Positions 32,071 to 40,932 of a stretch of 55,609 nucleotides of DNA are shown in pieces (position 1 is the first letter of the stretch; each line of letters opens with the position of its first letter). A program made the translations under genes and the position numbers. Source of the stretch: Lachnospiraceae bacterium (GTDB lineage Bacteria; Bacillota; Clostridia; Lachnospirales; Lachnospiraceae). The notes beneath the pieces were generated by a model. That model made no database searches. It saw nothing but the letters and a program-made list of their open reading frames with translations, and had not been told where the DNA came from. The stretch is from contig JAFUUX010000107.1 of NCBI GenBank assembly GCA_017471325.1, forward strand, positions 1 through 55,609, written 5' to 3'.

Positions 32071-33561
32071 ATGGATTACAACAGGGAAGAACGGGAAATC
32101 GATCTGATCGACGCATTTTATCATATCCTGAAAAAGTGGCGCGTCATTCTGTGCTGGATGATCATTGGTCTTCTGATCGCAAGTGCGATCGGATATATCA
32201 GATCTGCTTCAAATGCAAACGCAACTACGCCAGGTACAAAAGAAAGCATAAATGCCGCCGAAAAAAAACTGACTGACGCCAAAACTAATATGTCCGCAAG
32301 AGAGATCACTGAAACGGAACTGGCTGTGGAATCCTATCTTTCCTACCGGTCGCTCTATGACAGTCTTCTCGATTATAATGAAAATGCACTCATCATGAAA
32401 CTGGATTTTCGCAGCGTGCCCACGCTTACAAGTTCCTATCTGATCGATGATTATTACAAGGTGGTCTATCCTGAGATTTCCGGCATTGACAGTATCAATA
32501 ATATCATTGAACTCTACACCAGGAATCTTGGAGATGATGATACTCTTTCAGAGATTGCCCAGGCTGTCGGGGATGATGCCGTGGGAGGTTTTGTCTCGGA
32601 TCTGTATACAGTCAGTAAGAAGGGCAACAGCATATTAAGCATAATTGTAACCGCCCCATCCCGCGAACAGTGCGGGATCATCATGGATATCCTCAGCGCA
32701 AAACTGGAAAGTGCTGTTCCTGATGTACAGAAATCCATACCTCATACCATCACTTATAATGATACTGCTTTCAGTAATTCCATGAACAGGGATATCCTGA
32801 CACGTCAGCAGTCCCAGATCGATGCATTGATAAATATCGAAAATTCCATGATCCGCACGAAAGTAAATTTAAGCACAAACCAGCAGTCTTACTTTACAGT
32901 GCTGGCTGATTTCAGAACTTCCAATGTCTCCGAAAATGCCGCGGCTGCTGAAGACGTGCCTGTTTCTGCCGATACAGCAACACCGCCCTCCGTTCCCGTT
33001 TTCAGTCTCAAATATGCTTTGCTGGGGCTGTTTGCTGGCGCATTGCTGACCATCTGCTGGTACTTTTTCCGCTATGTGATTTCGACGGATATCAAGACAA
33101 AAGAGGAGATAGCATCCCTGTTCCAGCTGCGTGTTCTGGGATATTTTAAAGAAAACAGGAAATATGCCGGAATCGACGCACTGATCGAGAGGCTGTTCCA
33201 TGGAAAGGAAACCCCTCTTTCAGAGGCAGAACGCCTCGATATGATCTGCACGGACATCCTTATCAGCACCCGGAAATCCGGTGCATGTTCCGTATATCTG
33301 ACAGGCACCGCAGGCAGTGACAACGCAAATGCCTATATGGAAAAAATTGCGGATATACTGAAGAAAACTGCCCCGGAACTGAAGGTGGATTTTGGCGGAT
33401 CGATAAATCACGATCCCGTTTCCCTGAAAAAAATGTCTGTCTCTGAAAGCACTGTGCTCGTAGAGGTCATCGGCACTTCCAGGTACACGGAACTTGCAAA
33501 GGAACTGGAATTATGCCGGGAGTCCGGTACTCATGTGATCGGTGCAGTCGCCGTTTATTGA
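32071..33561 (+). CDS. Wzz/YveK-like polysaccharide co-polymerase with a degenerate C-terminal kinase-like domain
   Basis: EIDLIDAFYHILKKWRVI plus TM; extracellular coiled domain; second TM (KYALLGLFAG); cytoplasmic tail without Walker A. RBS GGAGG. Confidence 0.8.
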   Translation: MDYNREEREIDLIDAFYHILKKWRVILCWMIIGLLIASAIGYIRSASNANATTPGTKESINAAEKKLTDAKTNMSAREITETELAVESYLSYRSLYDSLLDYNENALIMKLDFRSVPTLTSSYLIDDYYKVVYPEISGIDSINNIIELYTRNLGDDDTLSEIAQAVGDDAVGGFVSDLYTVSKKGNSILSIIVTAPSREQCGIIMDILSAKLESAVPDVQKSIPHTITYNDTAFSNSMNRDILTRQQSQIDALINIENSMIRTKVNLSTNQQSYFTVLADFRTSNVSENAAAAEDVPVSADTATPPSVPVFSLKYALLGLFAGALLTICWYFFRYVISTDIKTKEEIASLFQLRVLGYFKENRKYAGIDALIERLFHGKETPLSEAERLDMICTDILISTRKSGACSVYLTGTAGSDNANAYMEKIADILKKTAPELKVDFGGSINHDPVSLKKMSVSESTVLVEVIGTSRYTELAKELELCRESGTHVIGAVAVY

Positions 33562-33658
33562 TATGCGCATCATCTGATATCCTTCTGTCTTCAATATGAT
33601 CAAATCGAACCCGTTTAGTCAGCTTTGCTGGCATATTCCTTTCGGTGGCTAATGCGAT

Positions 33659-33700
33659 AAAAAAAAAAGGGATGCAGTTTTAAACTGCATCCCCATTTTA
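33659..33700. terminator. Intrinsic terminator, probably bidirectional, between the wzz-like gene and fusA
   Basis: A10, then the inverted repeat GGGATGCAGTTT-T-AAACTGCATCCC, then CATTTTT. Confidence 0.85.
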
Positions 33701-33712
33701 ATATTACTCTGC

Positions 33713-35806
33713 TTATTCTTCCTTATTGCTCTCTGCCACTGCTTCTGCCCTGGCTGCCACTTCTTTCTCCTGCACATCCGAAGGTGCCTGCTCATAGCGT
33801 ACAAAGGTATAGGAATAATCACCGCGGCCGCCGGTCATGGAACGCAGATCCGTGCAGTATCCGTACAACATGGACATCGGGATCTCCGCTTCCACCGTCT
33901 GTCTGCCATTGCCTACCGGATTCATGCCCAGCACACGCCCGCGGCGCTTGTTCAGATCTCCCATCACATCACCGGTATACTTATCCGGCACCGTTACTTT
34001 CAGGGAAGCGATCGGCTCCAGAAGTACCGGCCCGGCTTCCATAAAGCCCTTTTTGAATGCCTGGATGGTCGCCATCTTAAATGCCATTTCCGAAGAGTCT
34101 ACCGGATGATAGGAACCGTCATACAGCGTTCCCTTTACGCCTACTACCGGATAGGCGGCCAAAGGCCCACGCAGCACGGATTCCTGCATACCTTTTTCCA
34201 CTGCCGGGAAATAGTTCTTCGGCACGGCGCCGCCCACCACCTCCTGGGTGAATTCATACGCTTCATCCAGATTTCCGCTGGGTTCAAAGCGCATCTTGAC
34301 ATGACCGTACTGACCGTGTCCGCCGGACTGCTTTTTATATTTGTATTCCACATCCGATTTCTTCTTTATCGTTTCTTTATAGGCGATCTTGGGCTTCACC
34401 AGCTCGATCTCAACTTTGTACTCGTCTTTTAAGCGGGAAGCGATCACCTCCAGATGCTGCTCGCCCATGCCGTAAAGCAGTGTCTGGCGGTTCTCGCCGT
34501 CATTCACTACCTTCAGTGTCAGATCCTCATGGGACATTTTCTGCAGGGACTGCGCCAGCTTATCGATATCTGCCTTGTTCTTCGGGCGGTAGCGCATATA
34601 AGTGTACGGTACCGGCAGTTCGGTCTTGCCGTATTCGATCGTATTTGCCTTGGTGGACAGCGTATTGCCGGTGCGCGCCGCCGTCAGTTTTGCGATGGCA
34701 CCGATATCACCCGCATGCAGTTCCTTGATCTCGCTGACCTTGCCGCCGGTCATGATATAAAGCTTGCTGACTTTTTCCTCGATATCCTTATCCTTGTTGT
34801 AGATCATGTCATCGGCTTTGAGCACGCCGCTCATCACCTTGATCAGCGAGTACTTGCCGATGAACGGATCCACGATCGTCTTCCAGATATAGGCACTTTT
34901 TGCTTTTGAGAAATCATAATCCGCCTGGAAGATCTCGTTGTTCTTTAAGGAAATCCCGGCCACTTTCTTGTTTAACGGCGACGGCATGAGTTTTACGATA
35001 TCGTCCATCAGCGCGTAAGTACCCTGGCAGAGAATGTTGGAACCCATAGAGATCGGGAAGATGTCACAGGTGTTCACGCTGATGCGCAGCGCCGCGCGGA
35101 TCTCATCTTCCGAGAAACTTTCCCCGCCAAAATACCGTTCCATCATATCCTCGCTGGTTTCCGCGACAGCCTCCATCAGGGAATCGTGATAGGTATCCAG
35201 ATACTCTTTACTGTAATCCGGCAGTTCCATATCCACCACGTCCTTGCCCTGCCATTTCTGAGCTTTGCGGCTGATGACATTGACATAACCCACAAACTTC
35301 TCGTTTTCACGTACCGGGAAGTGCAGCGGTGCGATCTTCTTGCCGTATCTTTCCGTCAGATCATCCACCACCTTACGGAAAGACGCATTGTCCACATCCA
35401 TATCTGTTACGTAAAACATGCGGGGCAGTTTGTTCTTCTCGCAAAGATCCCATGCACGCTCCGTGCCGACTTCCACGCCGGCCTTGCCGGATACCACAAT
35501 GACCGCTGCATCCGCCGCTGCCGCCGCTTCCTCAGCTTCGCCCACAAAATCAAACATTCCCGGGGTATCCAGTATATTGATCTTTGCACCCTCCCACTCC
35601 AGCGGGATCACGGATGTGGAAATGGAAATCTGGCGCTTCTGCTCTTCTTTTCCGTAGTCAGAGATCGTATTCTTATCTTCGGTCCTGCCCATACGCGAGG
35701 TCAAACCTGCCAGATAAGCCATCGACTCTGCCAGTGCCGTCTTTCCTGCACCGCTGTGCCCCAAGAGTACCACGTTTCTGATCTTGTCTGTTGTGTAGAC
35801 GTTCAT
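33713..35806 (-). CDS. fusA: Elongation factor G paralog (EF-G2-like)
   Basis: Motifs GHSGAGKT, DTPG, GMGEQHLE, KKQSGGHGQYG and YHPVDSSEMAF. Not in the rpsL-rpsG-fusA-tuf operon; divergent RQISI and TDMD motifs. Confidence 0.93.
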   Translation of the reverse strand: MNVYTTDKIRNVVLLGHSGAGKTALAESMAYLAGLTSRMGRTEDKNTISDYGKEEQKRQISISTSVIPLEWEGAKINILDTPGMFDFVGEAEEAAAAADAAVIVVSGKAGVEVGTERAWDLCEKNKLPRMFYVTDMDVDNASFRKVVDDLTERYGKKIAPLHFPVRENEKFVGYVNVISRKAQKWQGKDVVDMELPDYSKEYLDTYHDSLMEAVAETSEDMMERYFGGESFSEDEIRAALRISVNTCDIFPISMGSNILCQGTYALMDDIVKLMPSPLNKKVAGISLKNNEIFQADYDFSKAKSAYIWKTIVDPFIGKYSLIKVMSGVLKADDMIYNKDKDIEEKVSKLYIMTGGKVSEIKELHAGDIGAIAKLTAARTGNTLSTKANTIEYGKTELPVPYTYMRYRPKNKADIDKLAQSLQKMSHEDLTLKVVNDGENRQTLLYGMGEQHLEVIASRLKDEYKVEIELVKPKIAYKETIKKKSDVEYKYKKQSGGHGQYGHVKMRFEPSGNLDEAYEFTQEVVGGAVPKNYFPAVEKGMQESVLRGPLAAYPVVGVKGTLYDGSYHPVDSSEMAFKMATIQAFKKGFMEAGPVLLEPIASLKVTVPDKYTGDVMGDLNKRRGRVLGMNPVGNGRQTVEAEIPMSMLYGYCTDLRSMTGGRGDYSYTFVRYEQAPSDVQEKEVAARAEAVAESNKEE

Positions 35807-35891
35807 ACTGTAACCCTCCGATTTTCTGTTTTTTATGAATATGGTCCTATATTAACTTAATGTATTTGTACATATTGCACATACGCATCAC

Positions 35892-35933
35892 AAAAAAGAA
35901 CCACATTTGTTATTATTTTAACAAATATGGTTC
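35892..35933 (-). terminator. Intrinsic terminator-like hairpin upstream of fusA
   Basis: Minus strand GAACCATATTTGTTA-6 nt-TAACAAATGTGGTTC followed by T6; 15-bp stem with one G-U pair. Confidence 0.65.
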
Positions 35934-35943
35934 CTATAATCAA
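35915..35943 (-). promoter_or_regulatory. Putative sigma-A promoter for the fusA paralog
   Basis: TTGATT-17 nt-TAAAAT with an extended TG, overlapping the hairpin. Confidence 0.7.
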
Positions 35944-35973
35944 GCATTGTTTTGTGAATTCTTTCATTAACCC

Positions 35974-36003
35974 TGACTGTTCCCCCGGGTGTCTGAACAG
36001 TTA
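35974..36003. repeat. REP-like intergenic palindrome, copy 2
   Basis: TGACTGTTCCCCCGGGTGTCTGAACAGTTA; its reverse complement begins TAACTGTTCAG, as does copy 1. Confidence 0.55.
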
Positions 36004-36058
36004 TCATAAATCACGCCATGATCCGGCGCGGCAAATACATCCGGCGCAGCCGATCCGG

Positions 36059-37075
36059 TCAGAGCATCAGCACTACCGTCAGGATCAGCAGCGGTATGGA
36101 TAAAAGGATCGAAGGCAGCAACATACTGTCTGCACCAAAATAGGTCATCACAACGACAAACATGAGCAAAACGGTATATACATGCGTAAGCGCCTTTCTG
36201 GCTTCCGGCGAGATCTTTAAGATATCCTTCGGACGCCCGGCGCAGCGCAGACGGATGGAATCCGAAGTCAGTATGATAAATACCGGCAGGCCAAACAGTA
36301 CAGGAAAGACCATATCATTCAAAAAAATGTACAGCCCGATCTTCGGCACCCAGACCCGGAATACCAGCCAGAGTCCGCTCCCGATCATCCAGGCCACTGC
36401 CAGTGCCGAGATAAAACTCACGCGGAAATAAAGCATCAGGTTTTTGAAACTATGGACATTCGGCGCTTCCTCTTTATAGAGATACCATAATTTATACGGC
36501 ATATAGGCCGCCAGAAAATTGCCGGCAAATCCCAGCACCGAAGACGGTTCCAGCGTGCCAAACATATCTGCGGCCAGATTGCCGAAAGCGCAGGCCCATC
36601 CCGCCACCGTGCCAAAGCAGAGCCCGGAAACCACGGGCACCGCATTTACCGGCCGCACCTCTGTGAGCCCCTCCACCAGAACCATCACTTTAAAGCAGGC
36701 GCCCAACACGATAAAGATCAGAAATACCAGGATGAACTGCTTTACTTTTCCGAAAGACAGTTCCTTATTATCTTTTGCCGGATCGGATGCCGCTTTGCTT
36801 TTTATGACACTGCCGCCCTTCTCCTTGCTTTCCGCTTCTGCCGCCATTTCATTTTGCGCAGCCGCTTCTTTTTCCGCAGCACTTTCTTGTATTCTGACAG
36901 TTTCATTTGCTTTGACAGCATTGTATTTTGCAGCAGTGTCTTTTGCTTTGACAGTTTCGCTCCCTGCCGCTTCTTTGGCTGCTGCAGCTTCTTTTTTCAT
37001 GACTGCGTTCTTTTCCGCAGCATATTCTTTTTTTAGCGCCGCGCTCTTCGCTTTTCTGTTTTTCTTTTTACTCAT
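36059..37075 (-). CDS. Integral membrane protein, QueT/ECF S-component-like, with K/A/E-rich N-terminal tail
   Basis: EVRPVNAVPVVSGLCFG..AGWACAFGNLAAD; about 7-8 TM segments; stop of the EamA gene overlaps its start (ATGA). Confidence 0.65.
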   Translation of the reverse strand: MSKKKNRKAKSAALKKEYAAEKNAVMKKEAAAAKEAAGSETVKAKDTAAKYNAVKANETVRIQESAAEKEAAAQNEMAAEAESKEKGGSVIKSKAASDPAKDNKELSFGKVKQFILVFLIFIVLGACFKVMVLVEGLTEVRPVNAVPVVSGLCFGTVAGWACAFGNLAADMFGTLEPSSVLGFAGNFLAAYMPYKLWYLYKEEAPNVHSFKNLMLYFRVSFISALAVAWMIGSGLWLVFRVWVPKIGLYIFLNDMVFPVLFGLPVFIILTSDSIRLRCAGRPKDILKISPEARKALTHVYTVLLMFVVVMTYFGADSMLLPSILLSIPLLILTVVLML

Positions 37076-37986
37076 TGCGGTACCTCACTGCGTTTCAGCC
37101 GCCGGAAAACCTCTTTCCAGTCCAGATTGCCGATCATGCTGCCGATCACGATCACCACCGCACCGACCAGCGCCCGCAGGCTGAAATCCTCCTCCACGCC
37201 GCCAAAACTCTCCGGAATGAACACCGACAGGATCAGCGTAATGACCGGCTCTAAGGCAAAGATCAGCACCACATCCACCGGATCGCCGTATTTCTCTCCA
37301 AACATCAGCATGATATATGCAAACGCTTTTGTGAAGATCGCCAGTACAAACAGAGAAGATAAGAAACTGCGGTCGTACTCCAGCATAAAGATCTGCCCCG
37401 GGCTCTCCAGATTCCAGATCACCATGGATACGATGGCCATGACGACCAGCTGCACTACGGCCAGAAGGATCGGATCGTCCTCCTGCGTATATCGGTTGGA
37501 TACCACATTATAAAAAGACATGCAGATACAGTCGCCCAGCATAAACAGCGTTCCCGCCACGGGAAATTCATCGGGATCTACCCCGTTGGTGATCAGGACA
37601 CCGGTTAAGATCAGGACGATCGCGATGATCTGCGATCTTGTCGGCATTTTCAGCAAAAACATCATCACCACCGGCACGATGACGATATCCAGTGACGTCA
37701 GCACACTGGCCGAGGCCGGAGCCAGCCTGTCGATCCCCTCTTTTTCAAACAACAGCACCAGCGTCATGAGCAGCCCTAAAACAATGCTGTGTATCAGCGT
37801 CTGCTTTGTGAGTTTTGCAAGCCTCGGAAGAAACAAAAGCACCAGGATCAACGCGGCGATCCCGTTCATGAGCGCCAGATAGCCAAAATCCGTCAGTTCC
37901 TCCGGCAGCCCCTTGATAAAAACGTATGCGGACGCCCAGCACAGCATGACAGAGAATATTACGATATTATTTTCAAACTTACGCAC
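37072..37986 (-). CDS. DMT/EamA family transporter
   Basis: 304 aa, about 10 TM segments, motifs CWASAYVFIK and LIFALEPV. GTG start. Confidence 0.9.
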   Translation of the reverse strand: MRKFENNIVIFSVMLCWASAYVFIKGLPEELTDFGYLALMNGIAALILVLLFLPRLAKLTKQTLIHSIVLGLLMTLVLLFEKEGIDRLAPASASVLTSLDIVIVPVVMMFLLKMPTRSQIIAIVLILTGVLITNGVDPDEFPVAGTLFMLGDCICMSFYNVVSNRYTQEDDPILLAVVQLVVMAIVSMVIWNLESPGQIFMLEYDRSFLSSLFVLAIFTKAFAYIMLMFGEKYGDPVDVVLIFALEPVITLILSVFIPESFGGVEEDFSLRALVGAVVIVIGSMIGNLDWKEVFRRLKRSEVPQ

Positions 37987-38076
37987 GGAACCTGCCTCAC
38001 CTTTATTGATTTATGATATCTGCCCGGAAAACGCAGGCACGCCCGCACGATGCCTGAGCAGTCAGGTTGCAGAACC

Positions 38077-39765
38077 TTATCCGATCTCATTCAAACGGAA
38101 GCCTAACATCGTCAGATCGTCAAACTGCGGCGCATCACCGACAAAAGCATCCACGCTGCGGCGCACATGCGCCAAAAGATCCTTCTGGGTGCTCCCCCGG
38201 AAGTCGTTGAGCGCCTCGATCAGCCGCTCCTCGCCATACAACTCCTCTTTCGCGTTGGTCGCCTCCGGTACGCCATCGGTGTATACAAAGAGGGAATCCC
38301 CGCGATCCAGATGGAACGGATGCATCGGGAACGGGATCCCTTCCATGACACCCATCGGCGCACTGTGTTTGTATTTCACATATTCAAATGCGCCGTCTTT
38401 GCGCTTCACCACCGGATGCTCATGCCCGCCGTTTACGGCAAAGCCGTCTCCGGTGTTCAGATCCAGGATCGCAAACCATACCGTCACGAAATACTGCGCG
38501 TCATTTCCCTGGCAAAGCTGCTCGTTGACATCCTGCAGGATGATATCCGGTGTCCCCCCCAGCATGGTGCGGTTCTGGATCAGGCTCTTTGAGATCGCCA
38601 TGAACAATGCCGCCGGCACGCCCTTACCGGACACGTCCGCGATCACCAGCGCGATATGATCCTGATCGATCAGGAAGATATCATAGAAATCCCCGCCCAC
38701 CTCCTTGGCCGGCGACATGCTGGCATAGATGTCAAAATCGCTTCGCTCCGGGTACAGCGGAAAGATCCGGGGCAGCATATCCGCCTGGATCTTTCTGGCC
38801 ACATCCAGTTCCGCGCCGATACGCTCCTTTTCTTTGGTCACCGCCGTAAAATTATCCATGTACTCTTTGAGCTGCTGGGACATATGCTCAAAAGCATTTC
38901 CAAGACTCTCGATCTCATCCCCGGTCCGGATATCGCACTTCAGCACCTCGCCCTTCTGCATCTGATTGGCGACAAAATTCTCCGCCATGTCATCCAGTTT
39001 TTTGATGGGCCGGATGATCTTCTGCGACATCAGCCGGAAATAAAACCAACTGAACACGATGACGATCAGCACCATGGAGATCACAAAGATCACCAGCGCA
39101 TGCACAACCTCCAGAAAGATGCCTTCCATGGAAACATCCACTGCCGCCAGTGCCACGGCATTTCCGGCAGAGTCAAAGACCGGGATGAAGGCGGATGCCA
39201 CAAAGCCATATACCGGGTGGGACGTCACCAGCATATTGTGTTCAAAAGAATTGTTGGTACCAATGTCCTGACTGAAGTCCTCGGCAAAAGCCGCTTTCAT
39301 AAAGACCGCCCCTTCGCCGTAATATTCATCAAAATCCCCCAGATCCATGATGCCCTCTTCCGAATCCGGATCCCCCGCATCCCAGATATAGCGATAACCG
39401 TCTTCCTCCGGCACGCAGATATAAAGATACTGCAGGTCAAAAGCGTTTTTAAAATCCGTCAGTTTTTGCAGATAGACTTCATACGCTTCATCTTTTTCCA
39501 TGGTCGCCGCATAGCGTGCCACATCGTCCCCGTTAAGAAGGCGTGATACGCTCCATGCGCACGAAAGCGCTTTATCCGTATAACTGGTTTTGGCCGTTCT
39601 TGCCGTGATGCGCGCAAACAGTACCGCGCTCCAGATATCGATCAGGATAAACATGACCAGATTGATCAGGATAAAACGTGTCCGCAGACTCTTTTTCCTT
39701 TCTTTTTTGGACTTTTGCTTTTTCTCTGTGCTGTTGCCCTGTTCCTGCTGTTCCGATGCAGCCAT
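38077..39765 (-). CDS. Membrane sensor HAMP + PP2C (SpoIIE/RsbU-type) phosphatase
   Basis: Two TM segments and HAMP (TGDEIESL); VGGDFYD, IADVSGKG, YTDGV and QFDDLT. Confidence 0.93.
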   Translation of the reverse strand: MAASEQQEQGNSTEKKQKSKKERKKSLRTRFILINLVMFILIDIWSAVLFARITARTAKTSYTDKALSCAWSVSRLLNGDDVARYAATMEKDEAYEVYLQKLTDFKNAFDLQYLYICVPEEDGYRYIWDAGDPDSEEGIMDLGDFDEYYGEGAVFMKAAFAEDFSQDIGTNNSFEHNMLVTSHPVYGFVASAFIPVFDSAGNAVALAAVDVSMEGIFLEVVHALVIFVISMVLIVIVFSWFYFRLMSQKIIRPIKKLDDMAENFVANQMQKGEVLKCDIRTGDEIESLGNAFEHMSQQLKEYMDNFTAVTKEKERIGAELDVARKIQADMLPRIFPLYPERSDFDIYASMSPAKEVGGDFYDIFLIDQDHIALVIADVSGKGVPAALFMAISKSLIQNRTMLGGTPDIILQDVNEQLCQGNDAQYFVTVWFAILDLNTGDGFAVNGGHEHPVVKRKDGAFEYVKYKHSAPMGVMEGIPFPMHPFHLDRGDSLFVYTDGVPEATNAKEELYGEERLIEALNDFRGSTQKDLLAHVRRSVDAFVGDAPQFDDLTMLGFRLNEIG

Positions 39766-39840
39766 CTTATTCCCCTGCCTGTTCTAAAAAAATGAAAAAA
39801 TCAAAAAATGAATCTATCTATGCCTCGTGTCCTGCCGTGT

Positions 39841-40692
39841 TTACCGGAACGGATACTCTTTGGCATCCCATACACGGTGATCTGCCGCCTGCACCACCCC
39901 CAGCCGCACATGTCCGTCCGAAAGCGCGTATAACCAGATATCTCCCAGATCGATCTCAGGCACCGTCAGTTTTTCTTTGCTGAAATAAACGCTTTTTACA
40001 AAATATACCCTGCCTTTGATACGCACCCGCACCATGCGGTTATAGATCCGGTAGCGTGCTTTTGCTTCCTGCAGCGTCAGTTCATGCGTGTACCTTGCCT
40101 CTTCGATATGCTGAATGCGCCAGTAAGGGTACTGGCTGGTCTGCGGTCTGGCAGACGCCCAGCATTTCTCCATATCATCAAAAAATCCTGTAAGCAGTTC
40201 CATGGCAGTGCAGTCACATTTCAGGTACAGATCCACGCTGTCCTCTTCCGGAAGGATCGGTATCTCTTTCTGCAGCAGGATATCTCCGCGATCCAGATGT
40301 TCCGACAACTTATGGATCGTAATGCCTGTATGATCCATTCCGCGCTCCAAAGCACATTCGATCGGACAATAACTTCTCCCCAACGGTAGAAGGGACGCAT
40401 GTATATTGATGCCAAAAAAACCCTCCGCTTTGGAAAGGATCGGTATCTTCCTGCCGTAATCGGCACTCAGAAACAAGCGCACGCCGTCACGGATATACTC
40501 TTTTTCTTCCTCCGGCGTGATCGTATGGTAATGCACCGGGATCCCGCTTTTCACGGCATAATGGATCACCTCGGAATCCCTGAAAAAATCTTCACTGCCG
40601 CTGCAGGAATACAGTGCAACGATCTCATGCGACTTTGCCACCGATATAAATGTAGTTAAAAATGCATCTGTACCGAGAAAAACAATCTTCAA
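39841..40692 (-). CDS. Formyltransferase family protein (Fmt-like, probably not the housekeeping fmt)
   Basis: Motifs MKIVFLG, INIHASLLP and GITIHKL..LDRGDIL. TTG start after GGAGG. Confidence 0.85.
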   Translation of the reverse strand: MKIVFLGTDAFLTTFISVAKSHEIVALYSCSGSEDFFRDSEVIHYAVKSGIPVHYHTITPEEEKEYIRDGVRLFLSADYGRKIPILSKAEGFFGINIHASLLPLGRSYCPIECALERGMDHTGITIHKLSEHLDRGDILLQKEIPILPEEDSVDLYLKCDCTAMELLTGFFDDMEKCWASARPQTSQYPYWRIQHIEEARYTHELTLQEAKARYRIYNRMVRVRIKGRVYFVKSVYFSKEKLTVPEIDLGDIWLYALSDGHVRLGVVQAADHRVWDAKEYPFR

Positions 40693-40728
40693 CGCTTACA
40701 CTTCCTCCACTTGATGATCTCTCCCCGG

Positions 40729-40765
40729 ATAACCGTTCCGCCCCCCCTGGGATCCGGACCGTTAC
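40729..40765. repeat. REP-like intergenic palindrome, degenerate copy 3
   Basis: ATAACCGTTCCGCCCCCCCTGGGATCCGGACCGTTAC aligns end to end with copy 1. Confidence 0.45.
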
Positions 40766-40776
40766 TCTCTCAATCC

Positions 40777-40805
40777 ATAATACAAAAACTGTCCGAAAAG
40801 CGCAA
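40777..40805 (-). promoter_or_regulatory. Putative sigma-A promoter for the formyltransferase operon
   Basis: TTGCGC-17 nt-TATTAT. Confidence 0.5.
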
Positions 40806-40857
40806 GAAGCAAATTCACTTTTCCATTGATCTGTTCATATGCTTATAAAATATTATC

Positions 40858-40887
40858 TTGCAATTCTTCTGCCGGACATGCTAATAT
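40858..40887 (+). promoter_or_regulatory. Putative sigma-A promoter for tyrA
   Basis: TTGCAA-18 nt-TAATAT with an extended TG. Confidence 0.45.
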
Positions 40888-40932
40888 TCTTTATGTACAT
40901 ATTATATCTTGAATTACAGAAAGGACGCTTTC

